From Candidatus Komeilibacteria bacterium RIFOXYD1_FULL_37_29 (lineage in GTDB: Bacteria > Patescibacteriota > Patescibacteriia > UBA1558 > GWA2-36-10): DNA of 64,000 nucleotides. The DNA lies in contig MHKS01000004.1 in the NCBI GenBank assembly GCA_001818495.1, forward strand, positions 161,235 through 225,234, in the 5' to 3' direction. A program made the position numbers and the translations under genes. Below the pieces are notes generated by a model. The model was not told the DNA's origin, did not search any database, and saw nothing but the letters and a program-made list of their open reading frames with translations. Every line of letters begins with the position of its first letter. Position 1 is the first letter of the stretch. Shown here one piece after another: positions 1 to 10,915 of this stretch.

Positions 1-336
1 CAACTTAATAAAAAAATTAATACCGTCAATGTTAGATGTTTACCCGCTGATTTGCCGGATAAAATACAAGTAGATATTACTGTTTTTGCTGATCTTGGCC
101 AGAAGTTATTGATTCGTGATTTAAAAGTTAGCGATAAAGTAACCATTACCAATGATCCCAATGATCCTGTGGTCAATGTCACTGTTCCTAAGAAAATAAT
201 ACTTCAAGCTACGACTGAAGCAGCTAAACCAGAAGGTGAAGTTGTCGCTGGTGAGGCTAAACCAGAAGGTGAAGTTGTCGCTAGTGAGGGAGCAGCTAAA
301 CCAGAAGCTGGAAAAAAAGCAGAGTCTAAAAAATAA
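1..336 (+). CDS. rplY: 50S ribosomal protein L25/Ctc, C-terminal part (5' end outside window)
   Basis: Frame open from base 1. VRCLPADLPDKIQVDI...IRDL matches the TL5/Ctc C-terminal domain, followed by an Ala/Glu/Lys tail. Confidence 0.85.
   Translation, partial: QLNKKINTVNVRCLPADLPDKIQVDITVFADLGQKLLIRDLKVSDKVTITNDPNDPVVNVTVPKKIILQATTEAAKPEGEVVAGEAKPEGEVVASEGAAKPEAGKKAESKK
223..307 (+). repeat. In-frame tandem repeat in L25 tail (AKPEGEVVA x2 plus partial copy, 33-nt period)
   Basis: gctaaaccagaaggtgaagttgtcgct at 223-249 and 256-282; partial copy at 295-307. Confidence 0.85.
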
Positions 337-351
337 TTTAATACTGAATTT

Positions 352-1374
352 TTGATGATCAGTCATCATTCAAAAATATATATTGCAGTAACTGTCATTA
401 TCGTGGCAGTTATTTTGCTTGGTATAGGTATTTTTAACCTAGTTTCTTCTGGCAAAAAATCACCTGTTTCAGAGCCAGAGGAAAAAGTTGAGCAGGGTGT
501 AAATTATCGTCATCCCTTAAGCGGTCAGCCAGTAGAAGCTCCGGTGGAGAATTTTTTTGCAGTGGCTATTATGTTTGATAATGCTTATGACAGTCGGCCA
601 CAATATGGCCTTGATCAGGCGGATATTGTTTATGAAGCGCTAGCGGAAGGTAATATTACTAGAATCATGGGTATTTTTGATAGTCAAAAAAATATAGAAA
701 AAATCGGACCAGTCCGGTCAGCTCGGCTTTATTTTATGGATATGGCTGGCGAATATGGCGGTGTTTATATGCATGTGGGAGGCGCTCCCAATGCTTTAGC
801 CAAGCGCGGAGCTTATAGTTTTAGTGATGTTGATCAGATCGGCGCTGGAGAAATATATTTTTGGCGCGACAATGATCTGTCTGCCCCGCACAATGTCTTT
901 ACATCGTCAGCTAATTGGTTGAGAGCCGGAGATATTAAAGAAGTACCTAAATTTTCTATCAACAGGAATTGGAATTTTACTGTTGGTGAAAATGCCACCA
1001 TTACTGATCTGACTATTGATTACAACGGACCATATAAGGTTGATTGGAAATACAACGATAAATTGGGAGCTTATATGCGCTGGCAGGGGGATGATAAATT
1101 TATTTATCATACTGGTGAGCAGGTACGGGCAGAAAATGTCATTGTTCAGGTGCTCAGTTCTAAAATTGTTGATAATAAAGATAGAAGAGAAATGGACACC
1201 CAAAGTGGTGGGCAGGTTTTTATTTTTAATAAACTTGGCCAGCAAAATGGTCGTTGGGAGATTGTGGATGGTCGGACTTTGTTTTTTGATGAAAATAAAA
1301 ACGAGCTTAAGCTCGCTCCTGGTCGTAGCTGGGTGCAGATTATACCAGCAGCTGATTATTTGATTAGTCGGTAA
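352..1374 (+). CDS. DUF3048-family membrane-anchored protein
   Basis: N-terminal TM; motifs RPQYGLDQADIVYE, EGNITR, IGPVRSAR, APHNVF. Confidence 0.8.
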   Translation: MMISHHSKIYIAVTVIIVAVILLGIGIFNLVSSGKKSPVSEPEEKVEQGVNYRHPLSGQPVEAPVENFFAVAIMFDNAYDSRPQYGLDQADIVYEALAEGNITRIMGIFDSQKNIEKIGPVRSARLYFMDMAGEYGGVYMHVGGAPNALAKRGAYSFSDVDQIGAGEIYFWRDNDLSAPHNVFTSSANWLRAGDIKEVPKFSINRNWNFTVGENATITDLTIDYNGPYKVDWKYNDKLGAYMRWQGDDKFIYHTGEQVRAENVIVQVLSSKIVDNKDRREMDTQSGGQVFIFNKLGQQNGRWEIVDGRTLFFDENKNELKLAPGRSWVQIIPAADYLISR

Positions 1375-2200
1375 TTTTTACTACGCGGATATTTTGAGCC
1401 AAATCTTTTAAAAATTTTATTTTGGCTTGGGGGAGATTTTCTGAGATCTCTTTTTTTATTTGGTCTTTTTGGCTAGGATCTATTTCTAAAAGAATAATAT
1501 ATTTTTTGTTTAGATAACGGGGTAATTGTTTAAGGAATTTTCTGTAATGATCTAGTCCATCGGCACCAGACAGTAGAGCACTGACCGGTTCTTTAGAAAT
1601 GGATGGTTCTTTCATTTGCTTGGGATTTAGATAAGGTAAATTGGCCATAATAATATCAAATTGGGAAGATAAGCCAGCCAGTAGGTCGGTTTTAATAAAT
1701 TTTATTTTATTTTTTAGCTTTAATTTGCGTGAGTTGCTTTTGGCAATTTTTAAAGCCCGTCCAGAAATATCAGTAGCTGTGTAATTGGCTAGATGGGTGT
1801 TGTGTTTGGCCAAAGATAATATCAAAACCCCTGATCCAGTGCCAATGTCTAGGATATTCTGACCGTCGGCGGTTGATTTTAGAGCCTCTTCGACTATTAG
1901 TTCGCTTTCTGGGCGAGGGATCAGAGTATATTTATTTACCAAAAAATTTAAGCCAAAAAATTCTTTTTGGCCACTTAAAGTGGCTAGTGACCAGCCAGCC
2001 AATCTTTTCTTTAGGATTTTTTTAAAAGCGAGAATATTGGAACGGCTGAGTTTTTTTTCCGGATTTTTGTAGATATAGGCTATATTTTTGTGGAGAGCCA
2101 CAGCCATTAGCCTATCTAATTCATCAATATCGAGTTTATCTTGGTATTTTAAAATTAAATTCCTGAGGCTGATTATTTTTGATTTTTGGCTACTTGCCAT
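1364..2200 (-). CDS. prmC: Release factor glutamine methyltransferase PrmC/HemK
   Basis: [21 protein letters not shown] motifs; directly downstream of prfA. Confidence 0.93.
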   Translation of the reverse strand: MASSQKSKIISLRNLILKYQDKLDIDELDRLMAVALHKNIAYIYKNPEKKLSRSNILAFKKILKKRLAGWSLATLSGQKEFFGLNFLVNKYTLIPRPESELIVEEALKSTADGQNILDIGTGSGVLILSLAKHNTHLANYTATDISGRALKIAKSNSRKLKLKNKIKFIKTDLLAGLSSQFDIIMANLPYLNPKQMKEPSISKEPVSALLSGADGLDHYRKFLKQLPRYLNKKYIILLEIDPSQKDQIKKEISENLPQAKIKFLKDLAQNIRVVKITD

Positions 2201-3225
2201 AGAGGTTTTATTATGGGCATTAGATCACCATCGATTATTTTTTCTAGATTATGCAAAGTCAGTTTGATGCGATGATCAGTTACGCGATCTTGAGGAAAAT
2301 TGTAAGTGCGTATTTTTTCTGATCTATCGCCAGAGCCAATTTGATTTTTTCTATTGGCAGCGTTTTTGGCATTTTTTGTTGCTTCCATTTCGGCTAAGAT
2401 ACGAGAACGTAAAATAGCCATAGCTTTTTCTTTATTTTGTCCCTGAGATTTTTCATCTTGGCAGGAGACCACTGTATTGGTGGGCAGGTGAGTAATCCGG
2501 ACCGCTGATTTGGTAGTGTTGACTGATTGTCCACCATGTCCAGAAGCGCAGAAAGTATCAATACGCAAGTCTTTGGCTTCTATTTGTAGGTCAATTTCTT
2601 CAGCCTCTGGCATGACAGCCACTGAGGCGGCACTAGTATGTACCCGGCCAGCTTTTTCGGTTTCTGGTACACGTTGGACACGATGGACACCGCTTTCATA
2701 TTTAAAATGTTTGTAGACATTGTCTCCACTGATTTCGGTGATAATTTCTTTAAAGCCACCAATTTCTGTGCGATTGGAAGACATCACTTTCATTTTAAAA
2801 TTCATATTTTCAGCAAAGCGGGAATACATTCGGAAAAGTTCAGCAGCAAAAAGAGCCGATTCGTCGCCACCAGTGCCGGCGCGGATTTCTAAAATGATAT
2901 TTTTTTTATCATTGGGATCATCTGGATTAATCAGTTCTTCCAATTTTTCTTGGTCAGTATTTATTTTTTCTTCCAAAACATTTATTTCTTCCTGAGTCAT
3001 GGCAATCATTTCATCATCGTTTTCGGATTTTATAGACTCGCGGAGACTTTCCAAATCTTTAGAATTTTTATTTATTTTTTCGCCCACAGTCAAAATTTCT
3101 CGGAGTTCATTGTAGGCTTTGCCGAGAGAGGACATTTTGTTTGTATCAGAGACTACGGCTGGTTTTTGCATCTGCTCTTCCAGTCCCTTGGCCTGCTCTT
3201 GATATTTTTTTAAATCAATTTTCAT
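2173..3225 (-). CDS. prfA: Peptide chain release factor 1
   Basis: GGQ motif, RF1-type PxT (VPET), [16 protein letters not shown]. Confidence 0.97.
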   Translation of the reverse strand: MKIDLKKYQEQAKGLEEQMQKPAVVSDTNKMSSLGKAYNELREILTVGEKINKNSKDLESLRESIKSENDDEMIAMTQEEINVLEEKINTDQEKLEELINPDDPNDKKNIILEIRAGTGGDESALFAAELFRMYSRFAENMNFKMKVMSSNRTEIGGFKEIITEISGDNVYKHFKYESGVHRVQRVPETEKAGRVHTSAASVAVMPEAEEIDLQIEAKDLRIDTFCASGHGGQSVNTTKSAVRITHLPTNTVVSCQDEKSQGQNKEKAMAILRSRILAEMEATKNAKNAANRKNQIGSGDRSEKIRTYNFPQDRVTDHRIKLTLHNLEKIIDGDLMPIIKPLWQVAKNQK

Positions 3226-3241
3226 ATAATTATATTATAAC

Positions 3242-3311
3242 AAAAAAGCTCCTATAAATCTAAAGAGAGCTTTTCTCGCCAAAAGCGAGATCCCGCCCTG
3301 CGGGATCTTTT
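3242..3311. terminator. Hairpin cluster between rpmE and prfA, including a GATCCCGC-cct-GCGGGATC palindrome
   Basis: aaaagctc...gagctttt; tctcgc-caaaa-gcgaga; gatcccgc-cct-gcgggatc. Confidence 0.55.
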
Positions 3312-3318
3312 GGCACCG

Positions 3319-3651
3319 TTATTTTTTATTTTTTGGTTTAGAATTTTCTTTGATTTCGGCTTTGATCTTTTCTTTTTCTTTGGCAATTTTTCTTTCAGTG
3401 GCCTTGGCTTTTTTGACAGCCTTACCTTTTCTGGTTTTAGAGACCTTAGCTTTCTGTTCGGTTAGTTTCTTAAATCTATCAACACGACCAGCTGTGTCAA
3501 CCAATCTTTCTTTGCCAGTATAAAAAGGATGGCAGTTTGAGCAGATTTCAACGTGTATTTCTTTGACAGTAGAACCAATAGTAAAAGAATGGCCACAAGC
3601 GCAAACCACTTTAGCATCAGCGTAATAAGTTGGGTGAATATCTTTTTTCAT
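3319..3651 (-). CDS. rpmE: 50S ribosomal protein L31 (Zn-binding type) with basic C-terminal extension
   Basis: [27 protein letters not shown]. Confidence 0.96.
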   Translation of the reverse strand: MKKDIHPTYYADAKVVCACGHSFTIGSTVKEIHVEICSNCHPFYTGKERLVDTAGRVDRFKKLTEQKAKVSKTRKGKAVKKAKATERKIAKEKEKIKAEIKENSKPKNKK

Positions 3652-3864
3652 ATTTTTTATAATTTGGTATCAGGGACTTTCTTCCAAGAGGTGGACAGCA
3701 AGCCCAGATCAAAAATTAATACCCCAATAAAATAGCAGATTGGCCATAAAATGTCAAGAAGGGTTTCTGTGGTTAAGTATATTGACTAATTCATATTTTT
3801 TAATTATATTAATTAAAATACAGAAACGTTCTTTTTAATTTTATAACATCGGAAAGGGTTACTT

Positions 3865-4038
3865 ATGCGTTTTTCAGCCTTACTTCTGCGTTTCCCGTAT
3901 TGTTTTAGCTCACCTAGTAAAGTATGCAGTCTATGTTCTGCGCCTCTCGTAAAAAATCAAGCCGGCGATTTCGTATACTCAAATCCGAATTGCTCGTCTC
4001 AACCTACAAATCAGCTAATCAGGAGAGGCGAAATATAA
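3865..4038 (+). CDS. Small Cys-containing orphan protein (57 aa), not in ORF track
   Basis: Hand translation MRFSALLLRFPYCFSSPSKVCSLCSAPLVKNQAGDFVYSNPNCSSQPTNQLIRRGEI. Promoter TTGACT-17-TATATT at 3782-3810, purine-rich RBS, hairpin right after the stop. Confidence 0.5.
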   Translation: MRFSALLLRFPYCFSSPSKVCSLCSAPLVKNQAGDFVYSNPNCSSQPTNQLIRRGEI

Positions 4039-4129
4039 TAAAGGGGAAGCTCATAAGCTTCTCTTTATACAATATGATTGTTTGTAGGCTTGATTTATTT
4101 TAAAAATTATGTTAGAGTATTGCTACTTA

Positions 4130-4248
4130 ATTAATCATCCTGCTAAGCGGGATTAAAACACAAGTATTTTCAATGGTTATTGGCTTACCTTCCCCAATAG
4201 AAAAAAGGGGCGGCCAATAGGAGAATACGGGTAAAGAAAGGAAAAAAT
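4130..4248 (+). promoter_or_regulatory. Structured rpsB 5' leader (possible S2 autoregulatory site)
   Basis: Nested helices gtattttc/gagaatac and tattggc/gccaata, plus an atcctgc-taa-gcgggat hairpin, upstream of rpsB. Confidence 0.45.
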
Positions 4249-4932
4249 ATGAAATTACCAACACTAGAAGAGTTGTTGAAAAGTGGTGTTCATTTTGGTC
4301 ATCAGACTTCAAAAAGATATCCTAAAGCCAACTCTTACATTCACACTCAACGCAACGGCGTGCACATTATCGATCTGCAAAAGACTGTTAAAGGTTTGGA
4401 AGAGGCCATAGCTTTTGTAGATAAGACTGTTAAAGCCGGAGGCGTTATTTTATTTGTTGGCTCAAAAAAACAAGCCAAAAATATAGTCAAGGAAGCAGCT
4501 GTAGGTTGCAACATGCCTTATATCATTGGACGTTGGCTCGGCGGTACTTTTACCAATTTTGAAAACATTGTTAAGTTGACCAGAAAATTGGAAAAATTGG
4601 AAAGAGAAGAAGAAGACGGTACGTGGGAAATGTACACCAAAAAAGAACAAGTCACTTTCAAAAAGGAGCTTGATAAATTGATGGACAATGTCGGCGGTAT
4701 TAAAAATATGAAAACTTTGCCTAAGGCAGTTTTTGTCGTCGATCTCAAGAAAGAAGCGACCGCTGTTTCTGAGGCCAACAAGATGGGTATCCCAGTGATT
4801 GCTTTGGTTGATACCAATGTCAATCCGGAACTCGCCGCTTATCCTATTCCAGCCAACGATGATGCTATCAAGTCAATTGAGATAATCACCAACATGATAG
4901 CCGAGGCTGTACGCAATGCTCGTAGTTTATAA
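4249..4932 (+). CDS. rpsB: 30S ribosomal protein S2
   Basis: GVHFGH, RWLGGTFTN, DTN, PANDD motifs. Confidence 0.97.
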   Translation: MKLPTLEELLKSGVHFGHQTSKRYPKANSYIHTQRNGVHIIDLQKTVKGLEEAIAFVDKTVKAGGVILFVGSKKQAKNIVKEAAVGCNMPYIIGRWLGGTFTNFENIVKLTRKLEKLEREEEDGTWEMYTKKEQVTFKKELDKLMDNVGGIKNMKTLPKAVFVVDLKKEATAVSEANKMGIPVIALVDTNVNPELAAYPIPANDDAIKSIEIITNMIAEAVRNARSL

Positions 4933-4956
4933 AGTATATTTTAACCAAAATAAAAA

Positions 4957-5730
4957 ATGTCATTAGAATTGATTAAAGAAATCAGGCAAATTACTGGTGC
5001 TGGCATATCTGATGTTAAAGAAGCATTGGATGAAGCCGCTGGTGCCAAAGATAAGGCCATTGAAATTTTAAGAAAAAAGGGGCAAAAGATTGCCGCTAAA
5101 AAATCTGAGCGCGAAGTAAAAGAAGGCGTCATAGCTTTTGCCAAATCCGGTCACAAAGTAGCTGTAGTAGCTTTGGCTTGTGAAACAGATTTCGTGGCTA
5201 AAAACGAAGATTTCAAAAAAGCGGTGGCTGCACTAGCCGAAAAACTGTTGTCCTTGGGTCAGGACAATTTTCAAGCTTGGGCCACTAAGTATATACAAGA
5301 TGAACTGATTGTAAAAATTGGCGAAAATTTGCGATTGACCAACTTTGATATTTTTGAAGGAGCCACAGTGGGTACTTATTTGCACTCTAATAATAAAGTA
5401 GCGGCGGCGGCAGTTTTAAAAGGTGGTAGTGAAGATTTGGCCAATGCTATTTCTATGCATATTGCGGCTATGGCGCCCAAGTATTTACGACCTGAAGATG
5501 TGCCAGTCGAAGTCGTGGACAAAGAAAAAGAAATTTATGCCGAACAGCTTAGTAAGGAAGGCAAACCCCAAGAGGTTTTGGCCAAGATTATGGAAGGTAA
5601 AGTCAATAAATTTTATACCGAAGTATGTTTGTTGAAACAGCTTTATATCAAAGATGATAAGAAATCCATTGAAAAATTATTGGCCGAGAACAAAGCTAAT
5701 ATAGAAAATTTTGTGTATTATTCATTATAA
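4957..5730 (+). CDS. tsf: Elongation factor Ts
   Basis: CETDFVAKN, KIGEN, MHIAA; follows rpsB. Confidence 0.97.
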   Translation: MSLELIKEIRQITGAGISDVKEALDEAAGAKDKAIEILRKKGQKIAAKKSEREVKEGVIAFAKSGHKVAVVALACETDFVAKNEDFKKAVAALAEKLLSLGQDNFQAWATKYIQDELIVKIGENLRLTNFDIFEGATVGTYLHSNNKVAAAAVLKGGSEDLANAISMHIAAMAPKYLRPEDVPVEVVDKEKEIYAEQLSKEGKPQEVLAKIMEGKVNKFYTEVCLLKQLYIKDDKKSIEKLLAENKANIENFVYYSL

Positions 5731-5734
5731 AATT

Positions 5735-5768
5735 AATCCCCGCCGCGTCAAACGCGGCGGGGATTTTT
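5735..5768 (+). terminator. Rho-independent terminator after tsf
   Basis: aatccccgccgcg-tcaaa-cgcggcggggatt followed by T tract. Confidence 0.85.
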
Positions 5769-5845
5769 AATCTTACCAATCTGAGATCAATTTGCTATAA
5801 TGATAAGGAGATTATAATTAGTTGATAAAAATTTAAAATAAAACA

Positions 5846-6562
5846 ATGTCCAATAAACGTGTGGTCATCAAAATTTCCGGAGAAGTTTTTGAAGTCGGAA
5901 ACCAGCCAGCCAATCTTGATTTTCCTTCTATCAAAAAAGTAGCGGAAAGTTTGAAAAAAGTAGTCAAAGCCGGTTATCAGGTCGGAGTAGTAGTCGGCGC
6001 TGGTAATATTTTTAGAGCACGGATGGTTAAAGGCTCAGAGGTCGATCGCGTAGCGGCTGATCATATGGGCATGATGGCCACCTCAATCAATGCTTTGGCT
6101 CTGCAAGCCACTTTGGAAAGAGTCGGCCAAGAAGCTCGAGTTTTATCCTCATTTTCAGTACCGGCCATTATGGAGGATTATGTTTATAAAAGAGCGATTA
6201 ATCATTTAAAAAATAAAAGAGTAGTAATTTTTGCTGGTGGTACTGGTAATCCCTATTTTACTACTGATACTACTTTGGTGCTCAGAGCCCTGGAAGTTGG
6301 AGCTACTAACATCTACAAAGCTAGTAATGTTAGTGGAGTTTATGACAGTGATCCGGATAAAAATAAAAAAGCTAAATTGTATAAAAAAATTAGTTACGCT
6401 GAAGCTTTAAAGCGAAATTTAAAAATAATGGACGCCACTGCTTTTGCTTTGGCCAATGACAACAAACTCAATCTGACGGTCTTTAAGTATAGTCCGGAAA
6501 ATATCGTCCGAGCAGTTGTCAAAAATAATATTGGAACAAAAGTAACCAATGAAAGTCGTTAA
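5846..6562 (+). CDS. pyrH: UMP kinase
   Basis: KISGE, GAGNIFR, GTGNPYFTTD, MDATA. Confidence 0.95.
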   Translation: MSNKRVVIKISGEVFEVGNQPANLDFPSIKKVAESLKKVVKAGYQVGVVVGAGNIFRARMVKGSEVDRVAADHMGMMATSINALALQATLERVGQEARVLSSFSVPAIMEDYVYKRAINHLKNKRVVIFAGGTGNPYFTTDTTLVLRALEVGATNIYKASNVSGVYDSDPDKNKKAKLYKKISYAEALKRNLKIMDATAFALANDNKLNLTVFKYSPENIVRAVVKNNIGTKVTNESR

Positions 6563-7445
6563 AGTACAATTTCATAAATTGGATAAGGAATATTTTTTTC
6601 TGCCGGAGTTTAGTCAAGCGCCAGCCGCCCAAGTAGAAATAGGCGATAGTGTAGTGGTGGAAACTTCCTTGGGCCAAGATGTCGGTTTGGTGACTGGTTG
6701 GGATGATTGGCAAGAAACCGCCCATTTTATTAGTGGCGGAGAAGACAAACAAGAAAAGAAAAATCCTAGTGTGGAGATTGTCCAAGATAAAATAGTCGAT
6801 ATTAAACCAATGCTTCGTCCTTTGAGCGAAGATGATTTGGAAGTTATTCGCGCGCAAAAAAGAGTGGGCGTCAAACGTTTTGCGGAGTGTAAAAAATTGA
6901 TACAAAAATACGAGCTCAAGGCCATGAAACTGATTGACATGATGGAATCGTTTGATGACAAAAGAATGACTTTTTATTTTATTGCTGACTCCCGAGTAGA
7001 TTTTAGAGATTTGGTTAAAGAACTAGTAAAAAATTATCATAAAAAAATTCGTTTACAGCAAGTCGGTGTACGCGATGCTGCCAAAATCACTGGTGATTTT
7101 GGTCCTTGCGGTGTGCCTTTGTGTTGTAAGTCATGGTTAAATACTATTGGCAGTGTCAGTCCGGATAGTATCAAAAATCAAGAGCTCAGTCATCGTGGGG
7201 TTGAGCGGTTGACCGGTCCTTGCGGACGCTTAAAATGCTGTCTTCGTTTTGAAGAAGAAACTTATAAATATCAGCGTGATCATATGCCCAAAGAAGGGGA
7301 TATTATAAAAACTACCGTTGGCCCAGCCAAGGTAGTCGCTGTTCATCCTATTAAACAGACGGTTAGTCTGAAAATAGACGATAGTATTGTGGAGTACCCC
7401 TATCTTGAGGGCAAGCTTTGTGAGATAAAAAAGGACGAGCTATAA
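6549..7445 (+). CDS. PSP1/RicT (YaaT)-family protein
   Basis: RVDFRDLVKEL, QVGVRD, GPCGVPLCC, GPCGRLKCCLRFE. Confidence 0.9.
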   Translation: MKVVKVQFHKLDKEYFFLPEFSQAPAAQVEIGDSVVVETSLGQDVGLVTGWDDWQETAHFISGGEDKQEKKNPSVEIVQDKIVDIKPMLRPLSEDDLEVIRAQKRVGVKRFAECKKLIQKYELKAMKLIDMMESFDDKRMTFYFIADSRVDFRDLVKELVKNYHKKIRLQQVGVRDAAKITGDFGPCGVPLCCKSWLNTIGSVSPDSIKNQELSHRGVERLTGPCGRLKCCLRFEEETYKYQRDHMPKEGDIIKTTVGPAKVVAVHPIKQTVSLKIDDSIVEYPYLEGKLCEIKKDEL

Positions 7446-7478
7446 TCGTTCGAGCTATATTAGACAGCTCTTCGCTTT

Positions 7479-8382
7479 GGGCTGTTTTTTTGATATACTT
7501 AGCTTGTTTAAATCTAATTATGAAATATTTATATAATCAAATAATAAAATATGCGGTTTTATCAGGGGATAGAATATGTAAAAAATCTGGTAATGTGAAG
7601 GATATTGGTGTTACAAAAAAATATTTAACTTTAGAAGATTTTAGAATTGAAAGAGGGTTAAAAAAAATTATAAAAAATTATGACAGAAGTCATTTTTTTT
7701 GTGCAGAAGAAGAAAATGATCATTTTAAAAATGCAAAAAATGTTTGGGTGGTAGACCCTATTAGTGGGACCAGGGCCTTTATAAAAGGGACACATCACTA
7801 TGGGATATCGGTAGCTCATTTAATAGACGGAAAGATTGTTTTTGCTGTAGTTTACGATCCATCAGTCAGAGAATTGTTTACTGCTTATTTAGGAAGAGGT
7901 GCTTACCTTAATAATAAGCTGATTAAAATATCTAAAAATAAAGAAAATTTAAGGATATTATATTATTATTCATCATCATGGAATGGTAATATATCATGCC
8001 GTAAAACATTTAATAAATTATCAAAATATAAATTTTTATATAGAAACGCTAATTCGGTGGCTGTTAATTATTGTCATGTGGCCTGTGGTCGTTATGACGG
8101 AATATTATCTTTAACTAAAGACTCTTTTCCAGAGATGGCTGGTAGCTTAATTATTAGAGAGGCGGGAGGAAGGTTTATTAATAGAAGGAGGAATACTAAT
8201 ATACAGTTTGATGATCGAGTATTTATGGGTGGAAATAAATTTGCTGTTTCTAAACTGGAGAGGATAATCAAGAATAAATAGCTCTTCCACAAAATTTTAA
8301 AAGAGTTTTGGTGTGTTTAGTTAACTTTAGTCTAAGAGCAAGTTTAAAGCAGACTAGCGCTAAGGGCTGTTTTTTTGATATA
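7479..8382 (+). repeat. 19-bp perfect direct repeat flanking the inositol monophosphatase gene
   Basis: gggctgtttttttgatata at 7479-7497 and 8364-8382. Confidence 0.75.
7520..8281 (+). CDS. Inositol monophosphatase (SuhB) family protein
   Basis: AEE, WVVDPISGT, VACGRYDG, IIREAGG. ATG at 7520 preferred. AT-rich relative to neighbours. Confidence 0.88.
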   Translation: MKYLYNQIIKYAVLSGDRICKKSGNVKDIGVTKKYLTLEDFRIERGLKKIIKNYDRSHFFCAEEENDHFKNAKNVWVVDPISGTRAFIKGTHHYGISVAHLIDGKIVFAVVYDPSVRELFTAYLGRGAYLNNKLIKISKNKENLRILYYYSSSWNGNISCRKTFNKLSKYKFLYRNANSVAVNYCHVACGRYDGILSLTKDSFPEMAGSLIIREAGGRFINRRRNTNIQFDDRVFMGGNKFAVSKLERIIKNK

Positions 8383-8408
8383 ATGATAGTAGTAGTTAAT
8401 AAAAAAAT

Positions 8409-9413
8409 ATGGCAAATAAAAAAATAAGAGTAGCAATCAATGGTTTTGGTCGAATTGGGCGAGCCGCTTTTAAGATCATGTTGGCTAGTAAAAAATATCA
8501 GGTAGTAGCTATCAATGATTTGGCGCCAGTGGCCAGTCTAGCGTATTTATTGAAATACGACACGGTTTACGGAATTTATCAGAAAAAAGTCAGTCATCAA
8601 GGAAGCAATATCATAGTGAGTGGCCAGAAATATCAAGTGACTAGTCAAGCTAAACCAGAGAAATTGCCTTGGAAAAAATTAAAAGTGGATGTAGTTTTGG
8701 AATGTACCGGATTTTTTGTCAAAGATGGAGCCGCCGGCGCACACTTAAAAGCTGGGGCCAAAAAAGTGATTATTTCCGCTCCAGCCAAGGGAGGTGATGT
8801 AGAAACATTTCTTTTAGGAGTAAATGAAAATAAGTATAAGCAACAGAAACTGATTTCCAATGCCAGCTGTACGACCAATTGTATTGCACCAGTGGCTCAG
8901 GTTATGGTCAGTAAATTTGGCGTGGCCAAAGCTATGATGACCACTATTCATTCTTATACAGCTGATCAAAAATTGGTTGATTCTCCACACAAGGATCCGC
9001 GTCGGGGGCGCAGTGCCGCTGAAAATATTGTGCCGACTTCTACCGGTGCGGCTACCGCCACAGGCAAAGTCATTCCCGAGCTTGAAGGCCTGTTTGACGG
9101 ATTATCTATCCGCGTACCGACGCCAGTCGTATCTTTATCAGACTTTACTTTTGTTTTGAAAAAAGACGTTACGGTCGAACAGGTCAACAGGGCTATCATC
9201 ATCGCTAGTCAGAGTAAGCGCTATAAGGGTATTTTGGGAGTAACTGACGAGCCAGTAGTTTCCTCTGATTTTATTGGTGATGCCAGATCTTCTATTGTTG
9301 ATTTGCCACTTACCAAGGTAGTGGGTGGAAATATGGTTAAAATAATCGCCTGGTATGATAATGAGTGGGGTTATGCGGCCAGATTAGTGGATATGGTCAG
9401 TCAAATCAATTAA
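8409..9413 (+). CDS. gap: Glyceraldehyde-3-phosphate dehydrogenase, type I
   Basis: INGFGRIGR, SNASCTTNC, WYDNEWGY. Confidence 0.97.
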   Translation: MANKKIRVAINGFGRIGRAAFKIMLASKKYQVVAINDLAPVASLAYLLKYDTVYGIYQKKVSHQGSNIIVSGQKYQVTSQAKPEKLPWKKLKVDVVLECTGFFVKDGAAGAHLKAGAKKVIISAPAKGGDVETFLLGVNENKYKQQKLISNASCTTNCIAPVAQVMVSKFGVAKAMMTTIHSYTADQKLVDSPHKDPRRGRSAAENIVPTSTGAATATGKVIPELEGLFDGLSIRVPTPVVSLSDFTFVLKKDVTVEQVNRAIIIASQSKRYKGILGVTDEPVVSSDFIGDARSSIVDLPLTKVVGGNMVKIIAWYDNEWGYAARLVDMVSQIN

Positions 9414-9526
9414 TTTTATAAAGATCCTCTATAAATTAAGAGGATTTTTATTATTTACAAAAATCAGCTTTGTGTTACAATGAAAAAATCAGCTAAGTTA
9501 AAAATTAAGCTGATAATTGAAAAAAT

Positions 9527-10909
9527 ATGAGTATTTTTTTATACAACAGTTTAAGTAAACAAAAAGAAGAGTTTAAGCCTATCAAAAAAAAGCAGGTTGG
9601 TCTTTATACTTGCGGGCCGACTGTTTATAATCATCCCCATATTGGTAATTTGATGGCTTATGTGGTCTGGGATGTCTTGAAACGCATTTTGATAGCCAGA
9701 GGCTATAAGGTCAAGCATATCATGAATATTACTGACGTTGGTCATTTGACTTCCGATGCTGATGAAGGAGAAGACAAGCTGGCCAAAGCCAGTCGCGAGA
9801 CCGGCCAAAATGCTTGGCAGATTGCGGAGTTTTTTATCAAAGTATTTCGCAATAATTTGGCTAGTTTAAATATTGATGAACCGACAAAATTTTTACGAGC
9901 GACGGAAACCATCAAAGAGCAAATAGCCTTTGCCCGCATTTTGGATGAAAAAGGCTATTTATACAAAACTGCCGACGGCATGTATTTTGATACTTCCAAA
10001 ATTGCTGATTATGGAAAATTGGCTAATCTATCAAAAGTAGAGTTACAGGAAGGAGCGCGGGTAGAAAAAAATCAAGAAAAAAAGAATCTGACTGATTTTG
10101 CTGTCTGGAAATTTACACCGGAAGATATTAGCAGAGATATGGATTGGGAATCTCCTTGGGGTTTGGGTTTTCCTGGTTGGCATTTGGAATGTAGTGTTAT
10201 GAGTCGTTTGGAGCTGGGAGACACTTTTGATATCCACACTGGTGGGATTGATCATTTGACTGTTCATCATCCCAATGAAATGGCGCAGTCAGAGGCTGTG
10301 ACTGGCAAACTCCAAGCCAATTATTGGTTGCATAATGATTTTATCAAATTTGAAGGCGGTAAGATGGCTAAGTCACAGGGTACTTTGATTACTTTGGAAA
10401 ATATCAGAGAAAAGGGGTTTTCTCCTTTGGCTTTTCGTTTTTTGATTTTACAAAACCATTATCGCAATTCGCTTAATTTTTCTTTTGATTCTTTGCAAGC
10501 GGCTCAAAATGGTTTGAAAGCCATCATTAGAGAAATTGCTTTTTATGGTAAACCCAAAGGAGGATGTCAGGAACTAGAAGAGGAATTTTATCAAGCGATT
10601 GGTGATGATTTAAATACCCCCAAGGGTCTAGCAATACTCCAGAAAATTATTGATTCCGAAAATAAACCGGGCGCCAAAATGGCTAGTATTTTAAACATAG
10701 ATGAAGTATTGGGTTTACGTTTGGGTACTTTGGCCAAAAATGCTTTAGATATTTCTAGTGATGCCAAAATCATTTTGGAAGAGCGGGCCAAAGCCAGAGA
10801 TAGCCAAGATTGGGTCCGGTCTGATAAGCTACGCGATAAATTGATAGCTTTGGGTGTCGAGGTTCAAGATACAACTGATGGCCAAAAAGCTATTCAGGTG
10901 ACCTTATAA
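9527..10909 (+). CDS. cysS: Cysteine--tRNA ligase
   Basis: CGPTVY, HIGN, PGWHLEC, HHPNE, KMAKS. Confidence 0.96.
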   Translation: MSIFLYNSLSKQKEEFKPIKKKQVGLYTCGPTVYNHPHIGNLMAYVVWDVLKRILIARGYKVKHIMNITDVGHLTSDADEGEDKLAKASRETGQNAWQIAEFFIKVFRNNLASLNIDEPTKFLRATETIKEQIAFARILDEKGYLYKTADGMYFDTSKIADYGKLANLSKVELQEGARVEKNQEKKNLTDFAVWKFTPEDISRDMDWESPWGLGFPGWHLECSVMSRLELGDTFDIHTGGIDHLTVHHPNEMAQSEAVTGKLQANYWLHNDFIKFEGGKMAKSQGTLITLENIREKGFSPLAFRFLILQNHYRNSLNFSFDSLQAAQNGLKAIIREIAFYGKPKGGCQELEEEFYQAIGDDLNTPKGLAILQKIIDSENKPGAKMASILNIDEVLGLRLGTLAKNALDISSDAKIILEERAKARDSQDWVRSDKLRDKLIALGVEVQDTTDGQKAIQVTL

Positions 10910-10915
10910 ATCTTT

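Noticed and set aside
223-307. Short direct repeats as a CRISPR array
   Set aside because: In-frame coding repeats with no unique spacers; no cas genes in the window.
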